DNA from: the human T2T-CHM13v2.0 reference genome, Homo sapiens
DNA: 64,000 nucleotides
Direction: 5' to 3' (one strand)
Assembly (NCBI RefSeq): GCF_009914755.1
Contig: NC_060947.1
The notes below the pieces were generated by a model. It had not been told where the DNA came from, made no database searches, and worked only from the letters and a program-made list of their open reading frames with translations. The translations under genes and the position numbers were made by a program. Below are positions 45,694-59,381 of this stretch, one piece after another (within the stretch, counting starts at the first letter, position 1; each line of letters starts with the position of its first letter).

Positions 45694-47658
45694 GTAAGTA
45701 CCAACAAGAGATAAGTTATAAATTCTCTGACTTCTCGGGGTTATCTTGGAACTAAAATAGACCAAAGCTTTTTTGTTCATTTGAGGAATTGTGTTGAAAC
45801 TGATTTACCATGTGAACCTATATCTATCTGTAAACAGACTGAGTCCATTCTTCCAAATTCCTTAATGGAAAGAACATATCTGGGGGCTCACTTCTAGCTT
45901 ACTTCTGAATTCCTAGGAGGAATAAATTAGCCAGCATTTCGCAGAAGGAGTAGAAAATATTTCATGCTAATGATCTCTGATTCTGAGTTGTTTAGTAATG
46001 TTTACTCAGACGCACATGTCTATGTGTTTATACTACTTTAAAAATGACAAATTGAAATTTTATACCATTTTCTAAATAAAAAATATAAGATTGACTCATG
46101 TATGGGAAGTAGGCCTTTATTTCAGTAATTACACTAAATATAATAAAACTTCTCAAATTTATTTTCAAAAACAAGTACCTTCTTTTTTCAGAGATCTAAA
46201 CTTGAGTTATTTATAAGATTTATAAAAATTCAAAAGAACAGAATTGAAATAAGTCATCTAGATTCATAAATATGTAGTATGTATATTTATATATAATTGT
46301 ATATATATATAAATCAATATAGTCTGGAGAAACTATGTAAGTAAAGATATAGCTAATTTACAAGTGGACAGAATGATTTCTGTACTTTTTAAAACAAAGA
46401 AAATCAACTGTTCTCTTAAAATGGTGTTATCAGCAAAGCAATAATGGACAAATTGGGTAGATAGAAATACGATTTTTAAATAGCCTTTCTAAATAACCAA
46501 TAGAAGCATTACACAGATGTTAAAAAGTACAATTATGAATGGAATATGAATGGAGCTTTTGTAAAAATTTATCATGAAAAATAATGAGTCTTTGAGTTTT
46601 AAATATAGAAAGCAATTAGTGGCACAAATAAAAACAACAAATATTTTGTTATAAAAAATGTTTACGCCAAACCAACATTCTACTGCAACAGAGAATTCTT
46701 CCGAGTATTCGAAGCTGTAAACTTAACTTCTTATCACCATTTTTAAGGGCAAATAATTTCTATAGAAAGTAAGTTCAAATTAAACTTTTAGCTCTCGCCA
46801 CAATTTTTCCCAGGAAATGACCTCCTTCTAAATTATATACTCATGCACTTGAAAGTGAAAACACAGCTTGGAAAGTCAGAGTAAAGAAAGAATGACAAGA
46901 TCAGGAAATTGGGAAGTTGCTTTAGCACTTTTTTCTTTGTAAAGAGAGAATATTATCAAGTGTCTAGAGCATATAATAGCTTCAAAGCATAGTTGAGAAA
47001 AGATCACTATGGAGCTGAAGGTAGAGAACTGGGTAGTGTGACCACTTGATCCAGTCAGTGCTTAGGATAAAATGAACTGTCATGATCTAGAAAGCTGTTT
47101 TTGTTGTAAATCCCAAGCCCCTCACTATGCTCAATATTCTCTCCTTGAAGCATTAAGTAAAACTAATCAAGGAAAATGGAAGGCTTGGCATTTTAGCTGA
47201 TGAGAATTCACTAGCTGGATTACTGTGTGGTAGAGGGAGGTGATTAGCACCTGTGAGAACAGAACGCAGTGTCATACTGGTGGAGGGAAAGCAATAGTAA
47301 TATGTTCCCTTCCTTTCTCATTTTAAGTGGAGTGGCCTGCTATCAGCTACCTATCCAAGGTTAAGCAAAAGAGAGGGGAAAAAAAGGGAGTGGGGTAATG
47401 TAAGACTGATAATTTGGTATACTGGCCAAATCATAAAACAATCATGGGGAACAACACAGGGTGGAGAGGTTTTAATTATAGACAAGTGTAGTGACACTGT
47501 TGAGGAAAGAGCTGGCTCTAAGCTGGTTATATCCAGCTTTGTCACTACCTTTGTCAAAGTTGGACTTGGGGAAGTCCTGACCCTTATCTGACTCCAGTCT
47601 TGTGTGGAATCTACTGTGGAAATGCGGAAACTTCATGCAATTATTTCTGTTTGTGCAG

Positions 47659-47754
47659 CTGGTTTGGCTGGGGTTGAACGTCTTCCTCTTTGTCTGGTAT
47701 TACCGGGTTTATGATATTCCACCTAAGTTCTTTTACACAAGAAAACTTCTTGGG
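47659..47754 (+). CDS. CYBB: CYBB exon 2 (c.46-141), [32 protein letters not shown]
   Basis: ttgtgcag|CTG ... GGG|gtaagt; 96 nt, phase 0. Confidence 0.98.
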
Positions 47755-49060
47755 GTAAGTATAAATTCCATCCCATGCAATATTGGCTGGTTCACATTTC
47801 TCATCAGACATTCTTGTTCATCTTCCTGTTAGCATTTTAAATACATATTCTGACCAACCCAAACAGTACCATTAGCCTCACTCCCTCCATTGCAACTTCC
47901 TGGGCAACAGTCACTTAAAGCCTTCCAGTCTGGGACCAACAAAAGTGGGGCAGAGGGCCCCAGTGGCATCCTTCCCCAACCAAGAACCATGTGCCATTGT
48001 TTAGCTTAAAGGAGAAATCTAATACTCACTCTGAAATGGAAGGGCAGGTTGGAGCAATCCATCCAGGAGTGACACATGTGGGACAAGTGGGACTTTCCAT
48101 ATTTTCTAAGTCACCTAATTCCTAGTACTTTTTTGCATGAAGAGCTCTGCTCCTAATCACATGTTATGAAATGATCTTCAGAAAATAAATCTCTCTCTAC
48201 ATATAAAGACTCGAGGAACTTGCTCAAGGGCCACATCTGTTGACTAGGACAGTAGAGTGAAGGCCCTTCAGTTTCCTTGGGTCCTTTAGTATTCTGAGTT
48301 TCCTTGAACTGTCAGGCCTCTTGCCTCCAGAAGACATCTGTTACATCATGCTGAAACTATGAATTAATTGCTTAATATTAATTATTATAAGTATTATAAA
48401 TCATAAATAAATAATTTTAGCATATAATTATGCTAGATCATTATAATTGTTGTTAGCTTATTCACATTGATGCTTTCTCCCGCCAAAATATGCAACTTCT
48501 TTAGACATTACAAATATAATAATTATAATGCCAAAGCATTATACCATACCAATTTAAGATACTGTTAAGATCAATTTAAGTGCTAAGAAAATATTTAAAA
48601 TCTTTAAAAGTCTTGATACTTAACTCTAGTTAATGATATGCACCTTAAGTGTTAAAGAGAAAGTGAACTGTTGTCTGTAACTTACTTTGAAATGCATCAA
48701 AAATTAGATGAGTTGATGGATGGATACAGGAATGGATAGATAGAATGTGATAAAGCAAGCATAAAAGGTATAATCTGGGAGATGAATAAACAGGTATTTA
48801 TTGTAAATTTCCTTCAACTTGTCTTTATGTTTGAACATTTTAATAATAAAATGTTGAATTAGGGCAAAAGGTCAATTTCAGATGAAAACAAAGGGTCCTA
48901 GCTAGCCCTAAAGGAAAACCGTTGGCTCTGAAGGACCTTCCTGTACAGATCACTTGGTGTCTCTGGTGTGTGGCCTCATGCTAAGAACCTTGGGGAAGTG
49001 GGGACAGGGCATATTCTGTGCTCAAAAAAGTCACTCTGCTCCCTTTCCCGCCTCTTCTAG

Positions 49061-49240
<180 letters not shown>

Positions 49241-51131
49241 TAAAAACAAATGAATGATTTGGGAGGATTCCAGCTTCTGTAGAATACTCATGAGCCAAGC
49301 CATTATCTAGTATATTTCTGTGCTATTTGGGGATGGAGCTCCCTAAGACAACTATTTGGAAAACAAATTTTGAAAAAACACACAAAACCACCTATACCTC
49401 AACAGTAGCAATGAAGTAGCACACACGTACACGTTTACACACACACACATATATATATGATAGATATGCATATATACAGAGCTTTAGGAAGTTGACATGT
49501 GATATCTGGGAGTTAATCTTTCAGTGTCATTCAAAAAAATTTAAGTCAGAGGAAATATCTTCTGTGGATAATATCTCAAGGAGATGGAGTCAATGGACAG
49601 AGTCACACTATAATGAATGTAACCAAGAAGTGTTGGCTTCATGGAACTGGGGAGCATAGAGCTTTCTAAATGTCCAGAATTCCTTTGACTCTCACTCCAA
49701 CAATTTAGTAAGCCACTAAATGTACTGTGCTAGAAGGGGGAAAAAATAAGTAGGAAGAATCTCTGTAACCCATAAAATGGTATACAAATTTCTTACTAGT
49801 ATTATTGTACAAAGATGACAAACAAGGAACTTAAAATCTACAAGTGTACTCAAATAAATATTATACAAAGCAAAATATGATGGGTTCCACAAAGCTTTAC
49901 AAATAAAATACTATGGGGAAGCAAGAGAGAAGTTGTGTCAGGTGGGGCAGAGAATGAAGAAGGGCATTTTAGAGAAGGTGACATTAGAGATGAGTATATA
50001 AAAATAAGCTTCTAAGAGGTGTAAAGGAGAGAGAAAGGCATTCTATGTGGAGAAGATGGCATGGACAGAAGCACAGGAAATAGTGAGGAAATCGTATTCT
50101 TGAAGGCCAAGAATTGGCATAGCCTTGGCTTCTCTTTGTATTATTATTATAAATATTTTTTTGCCACCTGTGACCACACCAAAGAGGGTAGCTGGGAAAA
50201 AAGTAGGGATTGGTGTCCTGGTGGGACCAATTCCGTGGTTCATTAATGACTAGTAGCTTCTAGGTTTTTTTTAAAAAATAAAAGGTATAGTAAGCTTTTT
50301 GAAAAAAATACTTATTAAGTAGAGATCACTTATGGAGGACAGCAGAAAGCAAACTACTTTTGTGGGAATGTAGGGATTGTACAGGGCAGATGCCTGACAT
50401 AAGGCTGGAGAAAAGAGGTAGGATTTTACTGGTAAACTAGAACTGCATATGTATAGTTGAGGAGTTCATGCTTAATTTGGCAATTACAGAATATTTGAAG
50501 GAGGCAGTGAACTAAACTGTAATAACAAGCATAACTTGCCTTGAACTCTGCCTCATTTTTCCTAGTTACACTAAATTCATGCTGATCCAGAGAATTTTTT
50601 TCTTTAAGAACATATAACATTCAATTTACTAATATAGGACTAGAGGCTATAATTTAGCTTTTATTTTATGACTTAACTATTTACAAAATACCATTTCATC
50701 TTAAACCAACTGCCAAAATTGGGCTCTCACAAATCTAAAGTACAAGTTGGCAGAAATAACTGTTACACCTTCGCTTCCTCAGAAAAAGAAGAATGTTGAT
50801 AACCAATTTAAGATGTTCCAGAAAGAGTCGTGATATCTTCCTCTGAAAAATTCTGTGATGAGGTTCCTTTCCTTAAGCCATAAATTCTATGCTACGCAAT
50901 GTTGTCTTGCAAACTGAGAGCTAACCAAAACCAAAAACTAACAACAGTACTTGGTATTAAACATTGATTACAAGGATTTCCAAAAAATCTTCCAAATTTA
51001 AGAAATCACAGAGGTAAAATTACACTCAATTGAAAGTTTTATTAATGAGCCACCTATTGTAAAGTATAACGTTTAATATATCGTAAGTGCCCAGTGAACA
51101 TTTGCTAAATGAAGCCCATGCACTATAGCTT

Positions 51132-51278
51132 ATTTTTGAGTTGGGTTCTCTATCACCCAGGCTGGAGTGCAGTGGTACGATCATAGCTCACTGCAGCCTG
51201 GAACTCCTGGGCTCAAGTGATCATCCCTCCTTGACTTCCATACATGTGGGGATTACAGGCATGAGTCACCTGCCTGGC
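51132..51278 (-). mobile_element. FLAM (free left Alu monomer)
   Basis: Single ~140-nt Alu monomer, cccaggctggagtgcagtgg...ggattacaggcatgagtcacc. Confidence 0.8.
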
Positions 51279-54200
51279 GAGTTCCTTGTTTCTAAGGAGA
51301 CACAATTCATTTTTATTCTCCCTACCCCCATTAGAATAGTTTCTATTTAGAGGAAGTAAAGCCTGAGAAACAGGCAATGTTTTCACCAAGATGGCCTGTT
51401 AAGAAATCTTGGTTAGTCTACAAGTCCAAATTTCACTGCCGGTGAGCACCATGTCCCATGAGCAGCACATGTTGTAATGCCAGCTTTTATGCCTCCTGTG
51501 ACCCAGGAGGGAAGATCTGCATGAGAGTCTCTAAAGACAGGGATGAAATGAGACTGCCCTTCAAATCGCAGAGAAGCTTGGCTGTATAACTACATAGATC
51601 TTTATATAAAAGAATATGTTTTAAAACTATCAGCAAGCAACATTCTTTTATAGATCAAGCATGTACTTTCTTCTGGGATTCCTAACCTGAAATGTGAACT
51701 TTTCTAATAAAACTTCTTCTGTGATTGTGATTAAAATGAGTGAGTGTGCTGTAACTAATGTTGGAAATCATATAGCTGCCACTCATTGAAGCTTAATGGA
51801 ATTCACCGCATGAAATCTGCACATCAAACCAGTAAAGTGGGAACAAAATTAAATGGAAGTGTTGGCATTCAAACCCAGGTCATTGTGTCCCCAGAGCCCA
51901 TTCACTTTAAATCATGCTGCCAAAACTTCTTGAAATTGTGCTGTTGCAGTATTATGATCCTAGAAAGCCATTATATATATGAGTGTTTGAGCATGCCAAG
52001 TAACCTAGACTAGAAATGACAAGGATGTTATAAATACAAGGACTTAATAGTAGGACACTATATAAGCAAAATAACCACGAACTTGCATTCAGTTTCTAGA
52101 GGTCTCAATCATTGAAACTTTGCTTTGTAATCCTTCTGGTTACCTAGAGAAAGAAAGCCCCAGGGTTGCCCACCCCACCACTCCAGGAAAGGTAGGGGTA
52201 AAGGCTCTCAGACTGCTTTGTTGAGAAAAATGGAGAATGGGTGAAGCTCAGCACACAAAAATCTCTGAGGAAGCCTTAAAAACCCCCAACTTGCCATGCA
52301 GAAACTAATTTCTGTCTGGATGGCAGTCCTAGTCTTAAGATCAGAAAGAAACAGGAAGGTGAGAGGGTGAGGTTTTATCTGTTACCTTATATAGTCTGGG
52401 AGTCAGAGGCACTCAGTGTGCCTCTATCTTTAATCACGTGGTCTAGCACTAGTCTCTTGGGCTTTCTGTCTCATAGTTTTTTTTTTTAGTTGAAAAACAG
52501 GTCAACTAACACAAATGTAAGAAGGCATATGTTGGTCTAAAAGTATATTAATTGTTTAAGTCTGTCAATTAGTGAGTTGTCAGTCAATAAATATTTGTTG
52601 AGTGCCATTTATGTGCTAAGCACTGGGGACATGTGGTAAGTAAAGATTAAGTTATAGATAGGCCATGAGCTTAAGGAGCTTAGAGTGTTAACAGGAGAGA
52701 CAGAGAATAAATATGGAACTTCCAAATTATAAACAGTGCTATGCAAATAAGGTAGTGTTATTCATATTTATCAGATATTCTACTGCCAGCAGGTGTGGAT
52801 ATTACTGTCAACTTACTTGCCTGAGTTCTGTAGATTCAAAGTTGGATTTTGTAATTTCTCCCAGTTGCGTATAAATATCTAAATCAGATACATTGATGGT
52901 GCGTGTGGTGAGATCAAGTGTACAAAAAGTAGAGCTTTTGAGTTTCTGTAAAGTGTTACACCCCATAAAATATGTACTTCTTTTTAGTTCCACTTCCCAT
53001 TTTCTTGAAATATTTTTTTCTTACTCAGTTTCAATAGAGCATAGAAATCTGCTGAAGTGACTCAATAATCTCCCTTGCATTAGAATGGTAGTTTATTGAA
53101 ATCGGGCAAGGCTTCCGGTGACAGTAACAGAGAAACTTCCCTTTAGAAGTCAATGGCAGAAAGTAAAGTAAGTTAGTAAGGAAGCTATGGGGCATGATGG
53201 CAACGTGGATAATTGGGAAGTGGCTGGCAATAATTTAGAAGTAACTCAAAGCATATAAATGCAATCTGCCTGATGATGGGGAACAAAAAATTATGGGCAG
53301 TCACAGACAGTAAAGTCCTTCCTTCCTATGCCACCAACCGGTTGTCTCGCCTCCTTTTTTAAGGAAGTGGTGAGGAGATGGTATTCTTAAAAGCCCAGTA
53401 TCAGCATGACTTGTGGCTTCTTTTTGGATTTGTTTGCCATTCCTGTCCACACCAAAGAGGGTAGGTGGGAAAAATTAGGGATTTGTGCCCTGATGGTTGG
53501 ACCCACTCCACTGATCCATTAGTTACTAGTAATCTCACTTTTTCCTTTCAATATAATATATGTGTTTTACATTAACTAGCTTTTTAAAAATTACCTATTA
53601 AGATGAAACAGAGTATCATTGAATGGACAATGTATTTCCCAATCACATCTCTCCACTGTTCTGGCTTTCAGTTAATTTTTCTCTAAGGATCTACAGTTAA
53701 AGCTATCAGGGGGCATCAACATATATTATTTTACATTTTTTATGATCCATGGTGATTATGATGATAAGGATAGGACTATGAAGACAGTGTATGTTCCACA
53801 ACAAAACCATATTCGTTTGCTTTAAATTCGGCGTGCAGGAGCCAGTGAATTTTCCCCAAAAAATTTCAAAAGGATTTGTCAACAAATAGAAAAGAACAGT
53901 GTGTGGCAAGTATAGACATGGGGGTAAATTCATCTCTATAGGTTTAGTATGATCATCTCCAGTTCCAGGGCATGAAAATGTACTTCATTTATGCAGCCAA
54001 ATAATGATTAAAAGATTTTTTTAAGTACATGACATACTGTTTTTCACACAGGAAGCTTACCTGCTAGCTGGGGAGTGCAGCCTTACTAACTGAAAACTTA
54101 AATAATGATACTAAATAACATCAAATATTGATTAAATACCTGTCAATGAATATATGCAATAGGGATTTGAGGGACTAACTATGATAATTATACAGGTGAG

Positions 54201-54386
54201 GAAACTGGAGACTGAGTATGTTGTTCGATGTCACACGGCTAGGTGGGAGGACTGGGACCCAACATAGGTATATCTGAAGACAAAACTTGCTCTGAAATGT
54301 GTAATTCAGTACTGCTTTCCAACCCTACTAATTCTCATTCTCTGATTCTTTGGACTCCAACCTAGTTTCACCACTCCTGTAAGGAC

Positions 54387-54981
54387 TGTATCAATCATCT
54401 ATCGTGTAACAAATTACCACAATAACTTAAAACAACCCCTGTTTATTAGTTTACAGTTCTGTAGGTCACAAGTCCAGCACCCAGTTGCTGGGTTCTCTGC
54501 TCAGAGTATCATAAGACTGAAATCAAGGTGTTTTCTGGGCTGAATTCCCACCTGGAAACTCTAAGTAAAAACCCTCTTCCAAGCTCATTCTTGTTGGCAG
54601 AATTCAGTTCATTACAGATGTAGCACTAGAGGTCCCTGTTTCCTTGCTGGTGATCATCTAGGGTCCACTCAAATCCTAGATGTTCCTGCATTCCCTGCCA
54701 CATGCCCTCCTCCACCTTCCAACCAGCAGCAGTGCTTCAAATCTCTGACTTCCTCCATCTCTGACTTCTAAACCCAGATTTAAAGAGTTCATGTGATTGG
54801 GTTTGTTGGCCCAGATAATCTCCCTATTAAAGTCAACTTGGGACTTTACCTCTGCAAAATCCCTTTTGCCATATAATGTAACAAAATCACAGAGTGATGT
54901 CTCATCATTTTCACAGGTCCAAACTCAAGGGGAGGAGATTATATAAGTCATTGGGGGTCATTCTAGAATTCTGTCTACCAC
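54387..54981 (-). mobile_element. MLT1E/F-like solo LTR in intron 3
   Basis: tgtatcaatcatctatcgtgtaacaaattaccac...gggggtcattctagaattctgtctaccaca. Confidence 0.7.
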
Positions 54982-55030
54982 AAGGACTCTCAGAAACTAT
55001 AGAGGAAATTAAGTTGAAATTTAAGAAGCC

Positions 55031-55123
55031 AAAGAAAGAAAGAAGGAAAGAAAGAAAGAAAGAAAGAGAAAGAAAGAAAGGAAGAAAGAAAGAAAGAAAA
55101 TAAATAAATAAATAAATAAATAA
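55031..55123. repeat. (GAAA)n followed by (TAAA)n simple repeats
   Basis: Direct read. Confidence 0.92.
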
Positions 55124-57509
55124 ACTATAAAGGAACATGGCAATTGGGAAACAGGAAAAAGTTATTTCCTCAAAATTTTAAGGAATACAAAGTAGAAAAT
55201 AATTTTCAGCACTTGTAATGAACACAAAAGACAAGGAGGCTATATAAGAAAACAAAGATGGTCAACTTTTCAACAACAGATCAGTAAAATGTATTTTACA
55301 AATAAATTTTTATTTCAAAAACATTAAGTTTGAAAATTTGTATTTTACAAGTTTTTATTTCAAATAGGAAACCATTGTTTTGAGAGTCTGAGTCATTGCT
55401 CAGCTCCACTGGTGAACATTTAATTATAACCAATGCATTGGTGCTCCACCATATTCCCTAAGCACTGGCACTTCCAATCCATGCGACAACTGCCCTTTGC
55501 AAGCATCATTCACTCTCTGCCTGGGGATTTTCTTTCAGCTTTCTCCTGGGGCAAGCCTGAAATCCCAGGGGATTGATGTCCTGAGAGCATCCCTCAGAGC
55601 AGCCCTCAGCCAATCATGGATGGCAGTTGGTGGTTGAACACCCAAGCTTCTTAACCCGTTAGGTAAAAACCAAAGAACGAAACAAACAAAGTAAATGAAT
55701 AAAAAACCCTTTGGGATAAGTTCTACACAGTCTCCCAGAGTTCCCTGGTGTGATCGAGCCCAATGATATGATATGATCATGGTAGCTGATATAATAATGC
55801 ACTCTTCATTAATTTCCTTCCCAGTCTCATTTTTACCCTCGTTTTCTATGACCACCTTCCGGATAGAATACTTACACTTAAATTCTTGTCACAGGTTTCT
55901 AGGCACTTAGAATAATAGTGACTATATTCCTGCATTTGGTTTGGTAGAAAAGGGCATTAACCTTTTATAGACAAATAGACTTGGATCCCAGCCAATGTGC
56001 AATTTTAGCTTTAGTTTTCTTACCTGTAAAATGAGGACATTAAGATTTACCTTGTTGCATTAAATGAGTAATGATTATGGGTAAACTACCTAGTTCACAG
56101 AAGGAATTCAATAAAGCATAATTTTTTTATTTTTCCTTTTTCTGGAATCCTCAGTGTCTTCCTTGCTACTATTTCTGTAATTTCAAGAACCTGACCTCAT
56201 GGTTTAAACTTCCTGCCCTCCCTAGTTATGGCTAACTGAGAGATAGATGGTGGAGTAAGCACAATTTTCTGTGCAATTATATTTTCTACAAAATCAGAGT
56301 ATTTTATTAAAAATAAGTAAGCCAAATATTAAACACCCCTATATTTAAATTGAATAAAACATTTAGAACCAAATATTTTAAGTACATAAATTTTCTTTGG
56401 TACTTCACTCTCTTGTTCTTAAAGTTCCCTGAATCTCTGTGACAGTGCATTTAGACTATGGAACAAAGCAACCAGAGCAAGACATTGGCCAGTTTTCAGG
56501 AGAGCCAAGCTCTAATTCAACCATAAATCAGTTTAAATCAGTTTTTTTCTTTCTTTGAGCATTGGCACGAATTGAGATTCAAACTCACATTTTCTAACAT
56601 ATGTAGGTTCGTCAAATACACTAAAATACTGAGTACAATAGTATTTTTAATGCCAAAGGAAATCATGTAAAGTATGAAATATCAGAATGTTTATATAAAC
56701 TCTAGTATCAGATGGCCTGAGTTTAAATCCCAGCTCTGCAACTTATTAGCTGTGTGACCTAAGGCTAGGTAAACTCTCTATCCCTTTGTTTTCTCATCTG
56801 TTATGTAGTAATAATAATGGTACCTCCCTTGTACCATTATTGTAAGAATTAAAGAGTTAATTTGATTATTACATTAAAGATTAAATTAAATTAAATATTA
56901 CATCAATTACATTAAAGATTAATGTAAGAATTAAATTAGTCAATGCATGTAAAACAGTTGCAGAAGCTCTTGGTAAATGTTAGCTATTGTTATTTTGGCT
57001 ATTAGCATTTGGTCAATGATCTCCCCTGTGATGTTGTTCACCTACATGGGCAGGTGTACCCTTCTTTCTCCTCTCATAGTGTGTATGTCCTAGAACAGTG
57101 TTGTTTGAAAACTATTCACTTGTTCTAGAACTGTTCACTTGTCTGTGTCCCCACTTGACTATGAGGTATGTGATGTTAATTTCTACATCCTTTGTTTAAT
57201 GAGTAAATTAATCAGAACTAGAAACTATGTAGCTAGATATGTTTTTTGTACAAGTTTATATTTTTATACAGTTAAGCAATGGATTCCAGAGGAGACTTTA
57301 TGTCACCAGTATGAGAACAGAAAACATACCAGTTAAGCCAGCCATGTCACTTACTGGCTGTTTGACCTGAGGAAGATGACTGCATCTCTCTGAACCTCAG
57401 TTTCCTCATTTATCAAATAGATATAATGATACAGTTTGCAGGGTGGTCATGAAAATTAAATGAGATAATATGTATCAAATGTTTGACACATAGCAAGCTT
57501 TCCTGTTAA

Positions 57510-57677
<168 letters not shown>

Positions 57678-59235
57678 TAGATACCTTTTTATATAGGAGA
57701 TCAACCAGTTTTATAGTTAGATTAAGTGGTGGTTGGATATGTTGTATTTTTTTAATGAGTTTTGCTCAAAAGTATTTACCACACTTTCTGCCACTTCAAT
57801 ATTAGGATTTATTCCTTTAGGTTTTAAAGCATTTTTATTTCAGGATTTTCCTATAAAAATGAAAATATGCCATCAGAAAAGTCAATCCTAGTGTCCTCAC
57901 CCTTTGCTATTCTTTCTAGTGTCAAAAATGTTAATTCACTCATGAAAACTTATTTATTCTAAAAAAAGTTCTTGGTTGCATGTGTGAATTTGTGGACTTT
58001 TTGCAGCAAACCTACAGGAGCCATAGCCCATAAATTGAGAATCCCTCAAGACGGTCATTATCAGCTAAATACCTTCATTATTATTATTACTATTGTTATT
58101 GTTATTGCATGTATCCATACAATGGATATATATGTGTGTATATAGATATTATATGTTATTATTAAAATTATTAGGGTGGTAGTGTCAGTGCAAGAAGGGC
58201 TGTATTTGGGACCCTTATCTAATTCCACTAATTCACTCAACAAATCATTCATGTGCCAGAGAATATATAAGCACAGTGATAAAGCAGACTTGTACTCTGC
58301 CCTTAAAAAGTCTGTTCCTAGCCTGAGTAAAATAGGCTTAGATTACAGGCATTTAACTGAGTTTCTCTTCTACTAGTAGATCTGGCAGGCTTTTTTAGCA
58401 GTGGCAAATAAATAGTTCAAAAGAAATATATGATAAAATCTTGTTAGAAACTGGCATAGTGTACGGATTAAGAGCACATATTTGCGTGCCAGAGGTACTG
58501 GATTTGATTCTTAACTCTGCTGCTTCCTAGCTTGATGACCTTGAACAAGGTTTTAAAGCAGTCTATGTCCCAGCTTCCTCACCTGTAAGATGAGCTGATA
58601 TTAATAGTACCTACATCATTGAGTCAATGTAAGGATTAAGTCATTGTGAAGTACTTATAACAGTACTTGGCATCTAGTAAGCCCTATGTAAGTGTTTATT
58701 AATAAAGAATGCAATTTTTAAGACAGAGAGATTCATACCTTATGGCCATAGGTTTGTATCAATTCAATCAAATTTGTCATCTCTCTCTGGAGGTAATTTC
58801 AGAGTCAGGTTAATGGGCCAGCAATTAGGCATTCACTACATGAGTGTTTTCTTGTTTGAGCCCAAATATATTATGGAGAGAGATAATGAGAGCATATCTA
58901 AACACCTTCAGAAACTAAGGCTATTGTGTAGAATCTTATAACTTGATTGAGTCTTTAGGAGCATATAGCTCAACATCTTCATCTTACAAATTAGGAAACC
59001 AAGACCAGAGAGTTAAGTCATTTTCCCACAATTACACAACTAGAGAGGATCTTACCCACTAGAATTGCCTTGTCTCCTTGGTTCTGGAGACCCAGTTCTT
59101 GTCTATAAGTGTCCTGGGCCTCCCTTTGTCTCCCTGTGGCTTATCATAGAGTCAGAGGCTGTCCCAGAAACCCAGCTTACAATAAATTTGTTCATACCCT
59201 TCATTCTCTTTGTTTCTCTTCTCTGCCCTTTTCAG

Positions 59236-59381
59236 CGATTCACACCATTGCACATCTATTTAATGTGGAATGGTGTGTGAATGCCCGAGTCAATAATTCT
59301 GATCCTTATTCAGTAGCACTCTCTGAACTTGGAGACAGGCAAAATGAAAGTTATCTCAATTTTGCTCGAAAGAGAATAAAG
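59236..59381 (+). CDS. CYBB: CYBB exon 5 (c.338-483), [13 protein letters not shown]...FARKRIK; His115 and N-glycosylation sequons N132/N149
   Basis: ttttcag|CG ... AAG|gtaagc; 146 nt. Confidence 0.98.
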
